DNA of 63,805 bases, the filler included, from Octopus bimaculoides (lineage: Eukaryota), in assembly GCF_001194135.2 (NCBI RefSeq). It is 6 parts of 6 records of this genome, joined end to end, with 100 filler letters (N's around TTAATTAATTAA, not from the genome) between each part and the next. Parts side by side here need not be neighbours in the genome. Positions count along the whole stretch, not along the records: positions 1 to 30,868 come from NC_068987.1; 5 more parts are not named here. One strand, written 5' to 3'. The notes beneath the pieces were generated by a model that saw only the letters and a program-made list of their open reading frames with translations, did no database searches and was not told the DNA's origin. The number at the start of each line of letters is the position of its first letter. Within the stretch, counting starts at the first letter, position 1. Shown piece by piece: positions 13,401 to 24,999 of the stretch. The position numbers and the translations under genes were made by a program.

Positions 13401-13950
13401 TTCCAGCTGTCTTCAATGTTGCTATATGCCCTTCTATTTCGTCAAATGATGCTATATCCCCTTCTATTTCGTCAAATACTTCAAGTAGTATGTCTCTAAA
13501 TCTTTGCTGGATCTTTAAGTTTCCAAACCCTTCTCCTCCAAGTTGTTCTACTTCTGGGCATCCTTTTTGCCTTGATCCCGAAGTTGCTAACTACTAATCT
13601 GTGTTGAGTGGTATATTCTTTGCCAGGGAAGTTTTTGGCATTTATAAGCCACCCTCTTTCCCTATTTCTGGTGAGGATGTAGTCGATTTGGCTAGAGTGT
13701 CTGCCGGATCGGTAGGTGACTTAGGTGACAAGCAGGTTTCCTGAAGTTGGTATTGCAAACCATAAGATCGTTTGCATCACAGAACTCCAGCAGTCTGGTT
13801 CCCTCCTCATTGCGGGAACCAAAGCCATAGCCTCCATAAATGCCATGGAAGCCCCGTGCATGACGTCCAACATGACCATTGAAATGACCAGCCACAAAGA
13901 GAAGGTCCCTGTCATTCGTCAACAAAGAGAAGGTCCCTGTCATTCGTCGT
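10484..13950 (-). mobile_element. 5'-truncated RTE-clade LINE with embedded PHD finger and (GAT)n tail
   Basis: APE C-terminal part, KTGKAPGPSGITAEMLK, QFGFMPGKSTTDAIF, FVDMEKAFD, HQGSVFSP, LYADD, LHGSETW; ~650-bp 3' UTR ending ggacgttaaacgatgatgatg. Confidence 0.93.
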
Positions 13951-14019
13951 TAGTAGATAATAAAAGAATAAAAAATAAACAGAAATTTTACATCATGGCA
14001 TTTAGTTATGTAACCATTC

Positions 14020-15450
14020 ATGTGTGCAAAAAAAAATTGCATATTAAATTATAGAAAAAGCAATTATAAATACATATTTCTGCTAATGAAGATGTATTTG
14101 CACAAAATGAAAAGTACTATAACCATGAATTATCTAAAACTGGGTATAAGGACAAAATTTACTATATCCAAAATCAAAATACTAATAAAATTCCTGGTAA
14201 TGATAGGGTATTAAATATGATGAGCCGTGATTGAGAGTGCTATAAAAATAAATACATCAAGCAATCTTATTTAAGTAAGCTAAGTAAAAGCAAGAATAAT
14301 AATACTAAAAAGATTGGTAAAAAAGGGAATCTTGAAGATAAACATATTAATATTAATGAGCATAGAACTAACAGTGAAAATACTAAAAATATGGTTGGTA
14401 TAAACATTAATGAATAACTTTAAGCATAAGAGTTATGACAAGAGAACACCTAAATTTGGAATTGGAATAAAGAATTATAAACATGTTGCTAATGTTAATA
14501 TTAAAAAAATAGTCTCTGTAAATAATAGATAGGCTAAACCAAAGAATATTATCTGGTATAATGTACCATCCACATGTTACATAACTACTAATATTCCTCA
14601 GAAAATCTTTGCTGTACTGGATAAATATTTCCTCAATTCTAGTAAGTATGGGAAATTATTTAATCACTACGTTTTTTTTTAACGTCCGCTTTCCATGCTA
14701 GCATGGGTTGAGCATAAAATTTTCCTATTCAACCACCAGAAATTTGGTTGAAATCATAGCAGCACATATAAGTAAAATTAGACAGTATCTCAACTCAAAA
14801 TTGGTTAACAAGAGTAAAACAGATGGGGCCAATTGTGAGATAAGCTCTAATGCTAATTTTCTTGAATTAGTTTTTGATAATTTAGGAAAGGTAATTCCAA
14901 CAGTTAAATTGATAGTACTTTTAAGATAACACTTAGTAATAATATTGATTATAATACTGCTAATAATCCTGGTTTAACACCTAATTCTGGGAGTAGAGTT
15001 AATACTAATTCCTTTAACCATGTGAGTGAATAAACACCTTTGTAATTAAAAAACAAACTTATATGTCTTTTAGAAAATCAGTGTTTAAAGAAGAATATAG
15101 TATATCATTACATGGTAATTGCAAGGGATCATAAATATTAGATAGATTCTTCGGTTATAATTTGTAAAGCTAAATTACATAACAATTCTTCTTCATTTAA
15201 GTTTAGGAGGAAATGTAATTCGTAAATGTATTTTAGATTTGAAAGACAAAAACATTAATTAAGATGTAAAGTGGTCCATTATTAGTTACACTCCATTGTA
15301 CAATACTGATAATTTTAAATGCGACCTTTGCTTAGAGGAAATGTATTATATAACTCAAAATTAAAATTATTAAATTGTAGGACCAGTGTTACATTGAAAC
15401 GTTCCCATAAATATCGAAAAACATTTAAGCATGTCAATAACACCTTAATA
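14020..15450 (+). mobile_element. Decayed AT-rich Penelope-like element, 3' half
   Basis: KNIIWYNVP, KLFNH..SIKFSYSTTRNL, CLLENQCLKKNIVY, DVKWSII, KCDLCLEE motifs in broken frames. Confidence 0.75.
14671..14710 (-). mobile_element. 40-bp extreme 3' tip of the RTE family inserted in the Penelope element
   Basis: tttaacgtccgctttccatgctagcatgggttg matches the RTE 3' end at ~10487-10520; it interrupts FNHY|SIKFSY. Confidence 0.7.
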
Positions 15451-15779
15451 TAACTGATTTTCTTGAAATCCAATATGCATAACTTAAAGAATTGTTTTAG
15501 AATTCAGAAATAGCTCGATAACTAAATGCTGCACTGTAGAATTTCTATGTTTATTTTTTATTCTTTCATTATTTACTGACATCAACATAAGTTTAAATAC
15601 TAAACTGGTTTTTCTTAGAATATTATATTTCTTAATTTTTTCTTATATGTATTCATGTATTATAGATATTATTTCAGTTCACTTTGAATTTACCACTCAC
15701 AACTCTGCTGATATTAATCTAATTTTTATGAACTTTTCTTTTCATTTCAGTGTGCTTAACTCTGTCAAGCTCAAAGTTT

Positions 15780-18350
15780 TTAATACCACTCCAAATCATA
15801 GCTCTCCATGCAAGTGATTCAATACTTTTGTAAGATAATTTAAAACATGTCAAATTTGATTTTAAGGAGTCTTTACAGTTTTTCTTCAGCTTATTTTCCC
15901 CCTCTTTTCCAGCTTAACCTCACCATAAACATTTTCTTGGGGATGGAATGATCTGTATCATAGTTGATTCCTAATAAGCATAGCTTGGATTGATGTGATC
16001 CTAGCTTCAGCAAGAACATCAGTGTCAGGAATGAGTGAGGATCAGCTGATTCTGGTGAAATCTTTCCTACATTTTTACATGATGTGTGTATAGTGCCTTA
16101 AGTTTCAGAAGAATACAACAGTGTGGAAAAAACAAATGAAATATATACCATAATCCCAGTGTCAGTTTTGGTATGGTGCTGTGACCATACTTTAGATTCT
16201 ATGTCGTCAAAGACTTTTGCTGCATTTTGAATATGAGAAGTGATTTCTGCATCTAAGGCTTCCATCAAAAGACATCACCACTTTAAGCACTGTACCCTTA
16301 ATCAGTATCTAAAGCATGTTGAATTGTTCTCCAAGGGTAGGTTGATGCTACAACAGTTTTTTTAATTAATTGTGAGACCAAATATGTCATATGAAGAATC
16401 AAACACTCTGATTAAGTTCTGTAAGCCTTTCTCAGTACGACTTACTAAGCCACTTACTAGGTCTGAGTATAAAAATTCACATTCCAGAGAGGTAAAGACC
16501 TTGGATTTAAAGTTTATTCTTGTCAGCTTAAACATGTTACCTAAAGAGCAGTACTATATATAGATGTCATCTGTTGAAGTTTCAAATACATTTCAAAGTA
16601 TAGATGCAAAATATATGGCAAAGAGTGTTAGGGCTTCAAAATCACCCTGGTTAACTCCATTTTCAACCTAAAATGGTTCTGATAAGGTTCCACCAAAGTT
16701 AATCCAGATCCTCATATCCTTATGGGGAGCCCTGGTTATATTCATAAGCTTTTCAGGATAGTTGAATTTCTCCAGCAACCACAGTATAATTGCTTAAGTG
16801 GAAATTTCTGAGGAATATCTTTGTTGTCAGTTGTTGGAAAGGTACATTCTCATGTTTTTTTAAAGCACCTTCATAAATTCATTGTCCCAAGAGCTGTATC
16901 AGAATCACAATGTGGCTTCTGCATTTTTCAAGGGTGAGTTATTTTAAAAAGTTCTAGATTAGTTATGTTTAATAAAAAAAAAAATAACTCATTTACCTAA
17001 GTTTGAAATAGTCATCTTGCACAGTAATACATCAGTTCCAGCATTCCTTTCCTCTCACATTTAGAATCCAGCCTGGAAGTTGTTTTCTATAAGCAAATTG
17101 AGGACCCTCTGTGATTTGCTCTTGATCTTGACAATGGTGTTAAAATGGTAACCATTGAGCTGCATTTTCATCTTGAGAAAGAGATGGAAGGCCACAGGTG
17201 CTAAATCTGGCAAATAGGGCAGGTGCAGAAGTGATACTATGTTGTTTTTGGCAAGAAGCTCATGAGTGAGGAGAGCTTGGTGACAGTGTGCATTGTCGTT
17301 GTGAAGAATCCATTTCTTTTTGCTCCACAGATCCAGTCACTTTTGCCAAATGTCCTCCCTCAAATACTTCAAAATGTCACAGTAGAACTTTTAATTGACA
17401 GCCTGGCCCTGGGGGACGAATTGTTGATGTTGCAAAAAATGATGAGCATGCTCTTGATTGAGCTGTGATTCTGTTGTGCCTTCTTTGGTCATGGAGATGA
17501 AAGCCTTTTCCATTATGACAACTGCTGTTTACTCTCAGGGTTGTAGCTGTAGACCCAACTCTTGTTACTGGTGATGATCCTGGACATGAAGGATGGATCA
17601 TCAGCATCATGCTGACAGAGATCTTGACAGACTTCAACACGATGTTCTTTCAACAGGTGGGGGGCAAACTTGGCAGAGACACGCCGCATGTTCAATTCAG
17701 ACGTTAGGATTGGTTGCAAAACCCATATGACAGACCAACATCAGCAATGTCATTGATTGTCTTCTGACAATCTTCATGCACAAGCTGATGAATTTTCTTC
17801 ACATTTCCGGGGATGACGATCATGGCAGGTCTTCCAGATCACTCATTGTTTTCCAGAGACATTCTTCTGCTTTTGAAGCGCCTGTGTCACTTGAAACATA
17901 GTGTACAATCCATTGGCTTGTTGCTATAAGCTTGCTGAAGTATGCTCAATGTCTCTGTAGCAGACTTCCCAAGTTTAACACAAAATTTCACGTTGGCTCT
18001 TTTTTCCAACTTCCTGCCCATGACAAAATCACAGACTGCAATATACACGTGATCACAAAAATGCGAATTTTACAACTTGTGAAGTAAACTTATCAATTTC
18101 ACTCAGCACACTGCCTCATGAATGTCACTGCTAGCTCTCACTGTGCATGCAACCATGTGCTGCCATCTGTTGGTGCACTACAGAATTAGTCCGGGAACAT
18201 TTTGATACCACCTCATGTGATCTTCACTATCTGCCAGATAGTGAGAATCATATCAACTCTCAATGAACAAAACACTGGCTTGTACCATTGTTTTGTAGAT
18301 CTTAGCAAAGCTTTTGACACAGTTATTAGGGACACAATGGGATACAGTAT
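15780..18350 (-). mobile_element. RTE-clade LINE with inverted 5' segment, interrupted by a mariner
   Basis: Minus-strand RT/C-terminal pieces at 15780-16790 begin at LW.LLEKFNYPEK. Plus-strand GI.LLSVVGK...SESQCGF (16800-16925) and IF.ICQ...EQNTGLYHCFVDLSKAFDTV (18215-18350). Confidence 0.75.
16930..18217 (-). mobile_element. Decayed full-length mariner (~1.29 kb)
   Basis: RRVSAKFAP, SRIITSNKSWVYSYNPESKQQ, PYLPDLAP motifs. TIR-like ends gggaacattttgataccacctca (18192-18215) and caagggtgagttattttaaaaagttc (16929-16954). Confidence 0.82.
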
Positions 18351-18351
18351 G

Positions 18352-18745
18352 AGGCAGTGGCTGTCATGGCTTCTGATTTTAACTGATTGGAAGTGTTAAG
18401 TGTAAACATGCACATGTTTAGCTTTGGGGTACAGCAAATATTCAGTTCAGTACCATAGATTTGCTTGTCAGTTGCTTTACCTTAGCTAGTTGAGCATGTC
18501 CCTTAGTGTCTGATGATATGCGTATCTTTGATCATGAACAAGAGTAGTGAAGGAATATCATAGCCATGTGTCGAGAGGAATTCTTTGGAGCTCGAATAAT
18601 TCACCTCTGGATACATGGGTGTTTCATTCATCATCCTTAATCAACCCGTATTCAGTGACCTTTGAGTGGAAAGGAGTACTTGACCTGAAAAAAATTCTAA
18701 CTGGGCCCCACCTGTAGGGTCATGTGCCGTTTATCTTGATACGAG
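18352..18745. repeat. Truncated copy of the ~560-bp interspersed repeat also at 51181-51739
   Basis: Colinear match, e.g. gatttgcttgtcagttg, gagcatgtccctt, aaaattctaactgggcc, gagatcacca. Confidence 0.85.
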
Positions 18746-18747
18746 AT

Positions 18748-20760
18748 CACCATTCCAATAGATGGCCATTTATTTTGACCACTGACCAGATGTTGCTGTA
18801 CATTGCAGTAACCAAGCCTCTGAACATAGGACTGAACCCAGGCACCAGGAGTACAGCCATGAGTACAGCAAAATATTGATGGTCAGGCCTGTTGAAAGCT
18901 TTCGATTGATCCAAATTGATCAGGGCCCCAGCCATGCCAGGTTCCTTCTCTTGGTTAACACCTTGGCTAAAATCTTGTAATCTGTGTTTAGTAGAATTAC
19001 AGGCCTAAAATTATAAAAATGGTCCCCTTTCTTTTGGACCTTTCTCAGTAGTACCATCACACCTTGGCTTGTAGGACTAGGAATTCTCCCATTCTGTTGC
19101 CAGTTGTGGTAGACATCTGCCAAGAGATCACCAAACAAACCTGGCATATAAAAATAAAGGTTGAAGAGCAAACCATCCAACCCCAGTGACTTCTCCCTTA
19201 TGCAGTCAGTCATTACATAACATATGTTTTCAGCTGTTATCGGTATTTTGCAGAACTCCACATCCATAGCCAAAAGCTGAGGTAGGAGATAAAATTCACC
19301 CTGATTTCCAACCCATCATGCATTCTGTACAATGCATCAACGTGCTGCTAAAATACTGCACCCATCTGCTTGGATCTGAGTAGCAATAGCCCATGCCAGC
19401 ATGTTGGTTGCTATGCCTTTTCTAAGCACCTCTCCTAGCTTCCTAACTAAGTCTCCCTCTATTTTAGACTTCTGTATCACTGTTTCCTTACTAAACCCTA
19501 ACACCTCAACTCTAATAGTTAGTTCTCTTCAGGGGTATCCATCATTGGTTATTGATTGCTGCAGCCATCAACTTCTGACGAACTAACTTGCTAATCCTGT
19601 CTCGGAAAGCTTGATGTGACAGTATTCAACTTCCTGTGTTCAAGGCCTTGCCTAGGTTGACAGTACAGATCACAAAGTTGTGGTCTGTGTAGCTGACGTT
19701 TTTGAATTGTGGATAACTTATGCTGGCTTATAGATACAATTGATGACTTGATGTTAGCTCATCTCCACATTATTGCATTTGAGAAATCCAGTTGGTACAT
19801 GTCAGCCATTTAAAAGCAAGTGAGCACTACACAATATAGACATGCATCCAAGATGGTGTTCTAATCACCCACTAACACTAAAGAGCCAAAATACGCCAAG
19901 GAAAATCACCGAATATCTAAAGTAATCTGGCAGCCCCACCCCAGTTGGGACACACACACAGCAACTAATCTGAAAGCACCACCTTCACTATTATATTCAG
20001 GACTACCAACTTACCATCTAGGTCCAGGAAATATTCTGTACCTTGAGATCCAGGTTTTTCCTAAAAAGAACTGCCACCCCACCTCTCATTCCAAATCAAT
20101 TAAGAGGGTTAGTGTGCATGTGTTGAAAACCCTAGACTCACTGACAGTTATCACATTGAGAGCTAGTAATCTGGGATCACTGAGCAAGTGATCCTGATTC
20201 CAGGGCAACTCTAGGCCACATACTTTTGTGGCAGCCACTCCAGTGAAAGAAGCCTTACTGTTGTTGCTTGTTGGTGGTGTTGTCACTGCTTTTACTGTTG
20301 CTCCTCCTGCTGCTACTATTGTTGCAGCTGCTGTCTCCTTTCTCTTTGCTCTTGCAATTAATGTTAGTACTGCTGCTGCCAACACTGTTGCTGCCAATGC
20401 TACCACCACCACTGATACCACTACTGCTGCTACTACCGTTGTTGCTGTTATCGCCATACTGCTGTTGCAAATGCTGCCACTGCTACTACCACCACTACCA
20501 CAGCTACTGAGACCTTTTTTTGAATGCTTTTGTTCTTGCTACTGTTGCTGCCACTGTCAACGAACGATAAACATATCCATTGTCTTCTCTCCTTCATGCA
20601 CATTATTTTCGACATCATCTTTAACACATTTCTAAGAGGAACGAGAGAAGGAAAAAGAGGGTTGTTTTCAGCAGTAAGAGAGCAGGTGGAAAGAATAGCT
20701 TTCTTTTTGAATGTTTTTAAGTTATGTGTTAACAATGCTGCCATCTTGTATATGGATTTT
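18748..20760 (-). mobile_element. L1/Tx1-clade LINE, decayed and internally rearranged
   Basis: aagatggc-type 5' end at ~20745; low-complexity segment; APE start (KVCGL..PWNQDHLLSD..LNVITVSE); KSLGLDGL...WQQNGRIP...NFRPVILLNTDYKILAKVL; INLDQSKAFNR. Confidence 0.82.
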
Positions 20761-20994
20761 AAAAAAATGTTAACCAAGCATTTTTTGAGGTGGTAAAATA
20801 TTATCCCTTAGAGAGCAAAACAACCATAGAACACCAGTTAAATGATTTCTGGTGCTCTTCATAACAAATTATAACAGAAACTTTACACAAAGAAAACGAC
20901 ACCAAAGTGGTGAAAACAACAATTATAACTGAGATTCATGCAACATACTCAAAAATATACCTGTTCTATTCCACAGTGAATAGTAATAATAATA

Positions 20995-21640
20995 ATGATG
21001 GTTTCAAATCTTGACACAAGGCCATCAATTTTGGGGGAGAGGTAAATCAATTACATTGATCCCAGTGTTCAACTGGTATTCATTCTATCAACCCTCAAAG
21101 GATGAATGGTGAAGTTGACCTTGGCAGAATTTGCACTCAGAATGGACGAAATGCCACAATGCATTTTGCCTGGCATGCTAACAATTCTGCCAGCTCGTTG
21201 CCTAAATAATAACAACAATAATAGCAATAATAATAATGATGATGATGATGATGATTATGATAAAACTTTTTAACTAAAGGCACAAGGCCTGAAATTTTGG
21301 GAGAGGGGTTAGTTGATTTCATCAATTCCAGTACTTGACAGGTACTTATTTCAATGACCTTGAAAGGATAAAACGCAAAGTCAACTTTAGTGAAATTTGA
21401 ACTCAGAATGCAAAGACAGACAAAATGCTGCTAAGTATTTTGTCCAGCATACTAATGATTCTGCTGGCTTGCAACCTTAATAATAATGATAATCCTTTCT
21501 GCTAAAGGCACAAGGCTTGAAATTTTGGGGGAGGGGACTAGTTGATTACATCAACTCCAGTGTTTCACTGGTACTTAACTTATTGACCCTGAAAGGATGA
21601 AAGGCAAACTCAACCTTGGCAGAATTTGAATTCAGTCCAT
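20995..21640 (-). mobile_element. Cluster of three CpG-decayed tRNA-derived SINEs (family A) in (AAT)/(GAT) tracts
   Basis: Each matches the aaaggatgaaaggcaaagtcgacctcggcggaatttgaactcagaa consensus of the right-hand copies, with CpG changed to TpG/CpA. Confidence 0.85.
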
Positions 21641-22315
21641 AAAAACGGATGAAATGTGGGTACCATGGACTTGAATTGACGATGAAGATTGCAACAATTG
21701 GCCTAAATACTTACCTAAAAAATTCTGATGATTGGATTGTCTTAAAGCACAAAAACAAGAAAACCTCATACTCAATAACAAAACACGCAAGGAAATATCT
21801 AAATAAATTCCAAATACAGCAAGTCCCAGAATTAGACGTACTGGAAACAAGCACAGAAAAAGCTAAGCATATGAAAACCCTTGCTAAAACTGCTGCATGA
21901 GATATTCTTACTGATAATTGGCAAGAAAACCCTCTCAAAGGCATATACTCAAAAAGAGCTAATAATGCTTGATGTTGACAAACCCTTACCCATCAATGGT
22001 TAGCATCTTCTGGCTTAAAATCAGGGAAAGAAGGGTTTATCATAGCAATGATCACATCTCATTCCTTTGGAAATTCACTGTTCAGATTGACAGAAAGATA
22101 GATACAAATAGGCCAGACAATATATTGAAGAATTTCAGACAAAATCATGCCTCCTCATCGATATGACTGTCCCATTGACATAAATGTATCTGTCAAGACC
22201 TACCAAAAACTGAGCAAATATAAAGATCTGGAAAGAAAAATTGGCAAAATGTGAAACCTCAAGACTAAAACAATACCTGTTGTAATAGGTTCCCTAGGAA
22301 TGATATCAAAAGTAC
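21640..22315 (+). mobile_element. R4/Dong-like LINE fragment (restriction-like endonuclease region)
   Basis: KIATIGLNTYL, KTSYSITKHARKY, KIDTNRPDNI, IDINVS...LSKYKDLE...TIPVVIGSLG in broken frames. Confidence 0.75.
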
Positions 22316-22323
22316 TTTTAAAT

Positions 22324-22518
22324 GTACTTGACATGTACTTATTTCAATGACCTTGAAAGGATGAAATGCAAAGTCGACCTTAATGGAATTTGAGCTCAAA
22401 ATGCAAAGGCAGACAAAGTGCTGCTAAGCATTTTGTCCAGTATACTAATGATTCTGCTGGCTTGCAACCTTAATAATAATGATAATCCTTTCTACTAAGG
22501 GCACAAAGTCTGAAATTT
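22324..22518 (-). repeat. Local duplicate of 21331-21525 (SINE A plus junction)
   Basis: Shares private variants such as gtacttgaca, tttcaatgaccttgaaagg and ctaatgattctgctggcttgcaaccttaataataatgataatcctttct. Confidence 0.8.
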
Positions 22519-22758
22519 AGCACACACCATTTACTGTCATCTTAAGATCACAGAATCATTTTATCATCAAATTACTTTTAAAACAAACTTCTAATTTTCT
22601 TATGCTTTGACAGACATTCTCAAGAGCAATACTCTGTACAAAATCAAAAATATGGCACTCTAGTCATAATACCAATTTAAACTTCTAACTTGTTGTTTCT
22701 TGAGGTCCAAAGGTGAGACTTGGAGTTAACTTGTACAAATACAAGGCAAAAGCCAAAC

Positions 22759-22760
<2 letters not shown>

Positions 22761-22823
<63 letters not shown>
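22761..22823. repeat. (AAT)n microsatellite
   Basis: About 21 perfect units, read directly. Confidence 0.98.
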
Positions 22824-22829
22824 GTCAAA

Positions 22830-24300
22830 ACAAAGAGCACAATTCGATTGTATGATATTTTATTAGTTGAACGATATTGAGAACTGTTTTTTGGTAACCT
22901 TGGATGTTTCTTCCTTATATCCCAATATTGACCATAATGAAGGAGTAGAAGCATGCATGGATGCCTTCAAAAAGCGGTCAAACAAAAGTATTCCATCAAA
23001 TTTACTCTGTAGATTATTGGGGTTTGTGTTAGAAAGTAGCACAATGAAGTTTAGACAAAGATTTTATCACCAGACGAAGGGTTGCACCATGGGTACCACT
23101 ATGGCAGTTAATTTTACTAAAGTCTTCATGACGAAATTTGAGACACAGTTACTGAAGACATTCAAATCCCTTCATGGTCATGAACCAATACTTTGGTTAC
23201 GGTTCATTGATGATGTCTTTTTTGTCTGGGAAGGACTGCAGGATAGTTTAATTTGTCTTCTTGCATTTCTGTGACTGTTATGCTAAAAACTATGGCTTTA
23301 AGTCCAAGTTAAAATTTACGTCTAGTTTTTCAAAAACTAGTGTTGAATTTTTGGACACAAAAGTTAAGTTTTCTGGAGGCAGAATAGTGACAGAGTTATT
23401 TTGCAAGCTCACATTATCCCCATTTATCTCCACTGCTGCTCCAATCATCCACATCATCTTATTCAGTCAAATCTGAAATCCCAATTTTTGAGGATAAAAT
23501 GGATTTGTACTGACATAGGGGATTACTGGAAACATGCAAATGTCAAACGCGGTTACAGTGAATCATGATTAAAGGAAATAGCAAATGAAATAGCTAAGAT
23601 TAGCAAAGATAGTCAAACCTGCGTGCATAATTTTAGCAAACAATAGATGACAGAATTCCAACATTTCGCTGGCATTTAAAAAGTGTTGCATGAAAGTTAC
23701 CAGCATGTGGTGAAAAAATATCCTCGTTTCCAACAGATATTTCCTCAGCCACCTATTGTAGCCTTTAGATGGAATAAGAATATAAGAGAATTATTAACCT
23801 CTATATCTGACTCCAAGAAAACAAACACTGGAGTATCTGCACGCTGTACTTTAAAGAACAGCCACAAGAGAGGTAAGCCCTGTTCATTGTGCAACAACAT
23901 GAGTGAAGTGAATTCCATCAGAAATTTTATGATTTATACAGAAGGTGGGACATGTAAAGATTCCCATATGGTGTACGCTGCAGAATGCATGAAACACAAC
24001 TTGATTTATGTTGGTTGTATAACAGAACAATTAAACAAAAGGTTTAATGGGCACAGATTCGACGTCAGGCACAATAACAGTAGTTCGACAGAACTTGCTG
24101 AACATTTCGTTTCAAGCGGCTGCAATTTTGAAGAAGACTTAAAAGTGCATATTCTCAGAAAATATTCTGAATCTACCCCACTTTCACTTCTCAGAATGTA
24201 TGAGGAGAAATATGCTTGTGGGTTATTAACATCACGCCCTGCAGAAATGAATAAGATGACAGAAGGATATCATCAAATTTATGCAAAACTGTTTGATTAA
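22830..24300 (+). mobile_element. Penelope-like element, probably Neptune-type (RT, Cys linker, GIY-YIG), frameshifted
   Basis: LVTLDVSSLYPNI, YHQTKGCTMGT, WLRFIDDVFFVW, VEFLDTKV, Cys linker RCT...KPCSLC, MVYAAEC..HNLIYVG..LNKRFNGHR. Confidence 0.88.
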
Positions 24301-24610
24301 ATATTCTTCTTTCTCTCTTTTTCTTTCCCTTTTTTCTGTCGTTTTCTTTTTTGTATTTGTTTCTGTCTTTTTCNNNNNNNNNNNNNNNNNNNNNNNNNNN
24401 NNNNNNNNNNNNNNNNNNNNNNNNNNNNNNNNNNNNNNNNNNNNNNNNNNNNNNNNNNNNNNNNNNNNNNNNNNNNNNNNNNNNNNNNNNNNNNNNNNNN
24501 NNNNNNNNNNNNNNNNNNNNNNNNNNNNNNNNNNNNNNNNNNNNNNNNNNNNNNNNNNNNNNNNNNNNNNNNNNNNNNNNNNNNNNNNNNNNNNNNNNNN
24601 NNNNNNNNNN

Positions 24611-24967
24611 TACCAGCAGATGACAACGTTTCCCTAAAAGAAATGGAAAAACTTTCAAAATACAAAGACCTGGAAATAGAGGTAACTCGAATGTGGAATC
24701 TAAAAACAGAAACAATTCCTATCATAGTAGGTGCCTTAGGTCTAATAAAAAAAATTCAGACAAATACATAACAAAAACACCAGGACTTACAAATATATAT
24801 AACATACAGAAAATTGCACTACTGGGCACTGCACACATCCTACGCAAAACACTTTCAATACAGTAACCATAAGAGCATCACAGCAAACCACAGCACATAC
24901 CCAAGGCACACAGAGCTGCGCTCAGTAGTGAAGTGAAAGCACGTTATAAAAATAAAACTACTGAACA
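24611..24967 (+). mobile_element. 3' end and 3' UTR of an R4/Dong-like LINE ending in (AAT)n
   Basis: DDNVSLKEMEKLSKYKDLEIEVTRMWNLKTETIPIIVGALG...KIALLGTAHILRK; ends aaactactgaac followed by aataataataat. Confidence 0.85.
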
Positions 24968-24999
24968 ATAATAATAATAATGAGAAGAAGAAGAAGAAG

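Noticed and set aside
22614-22712. 99-nt plus-strand segment with good acceptor and donor sites
   Set aside because: All three frames contain stops.
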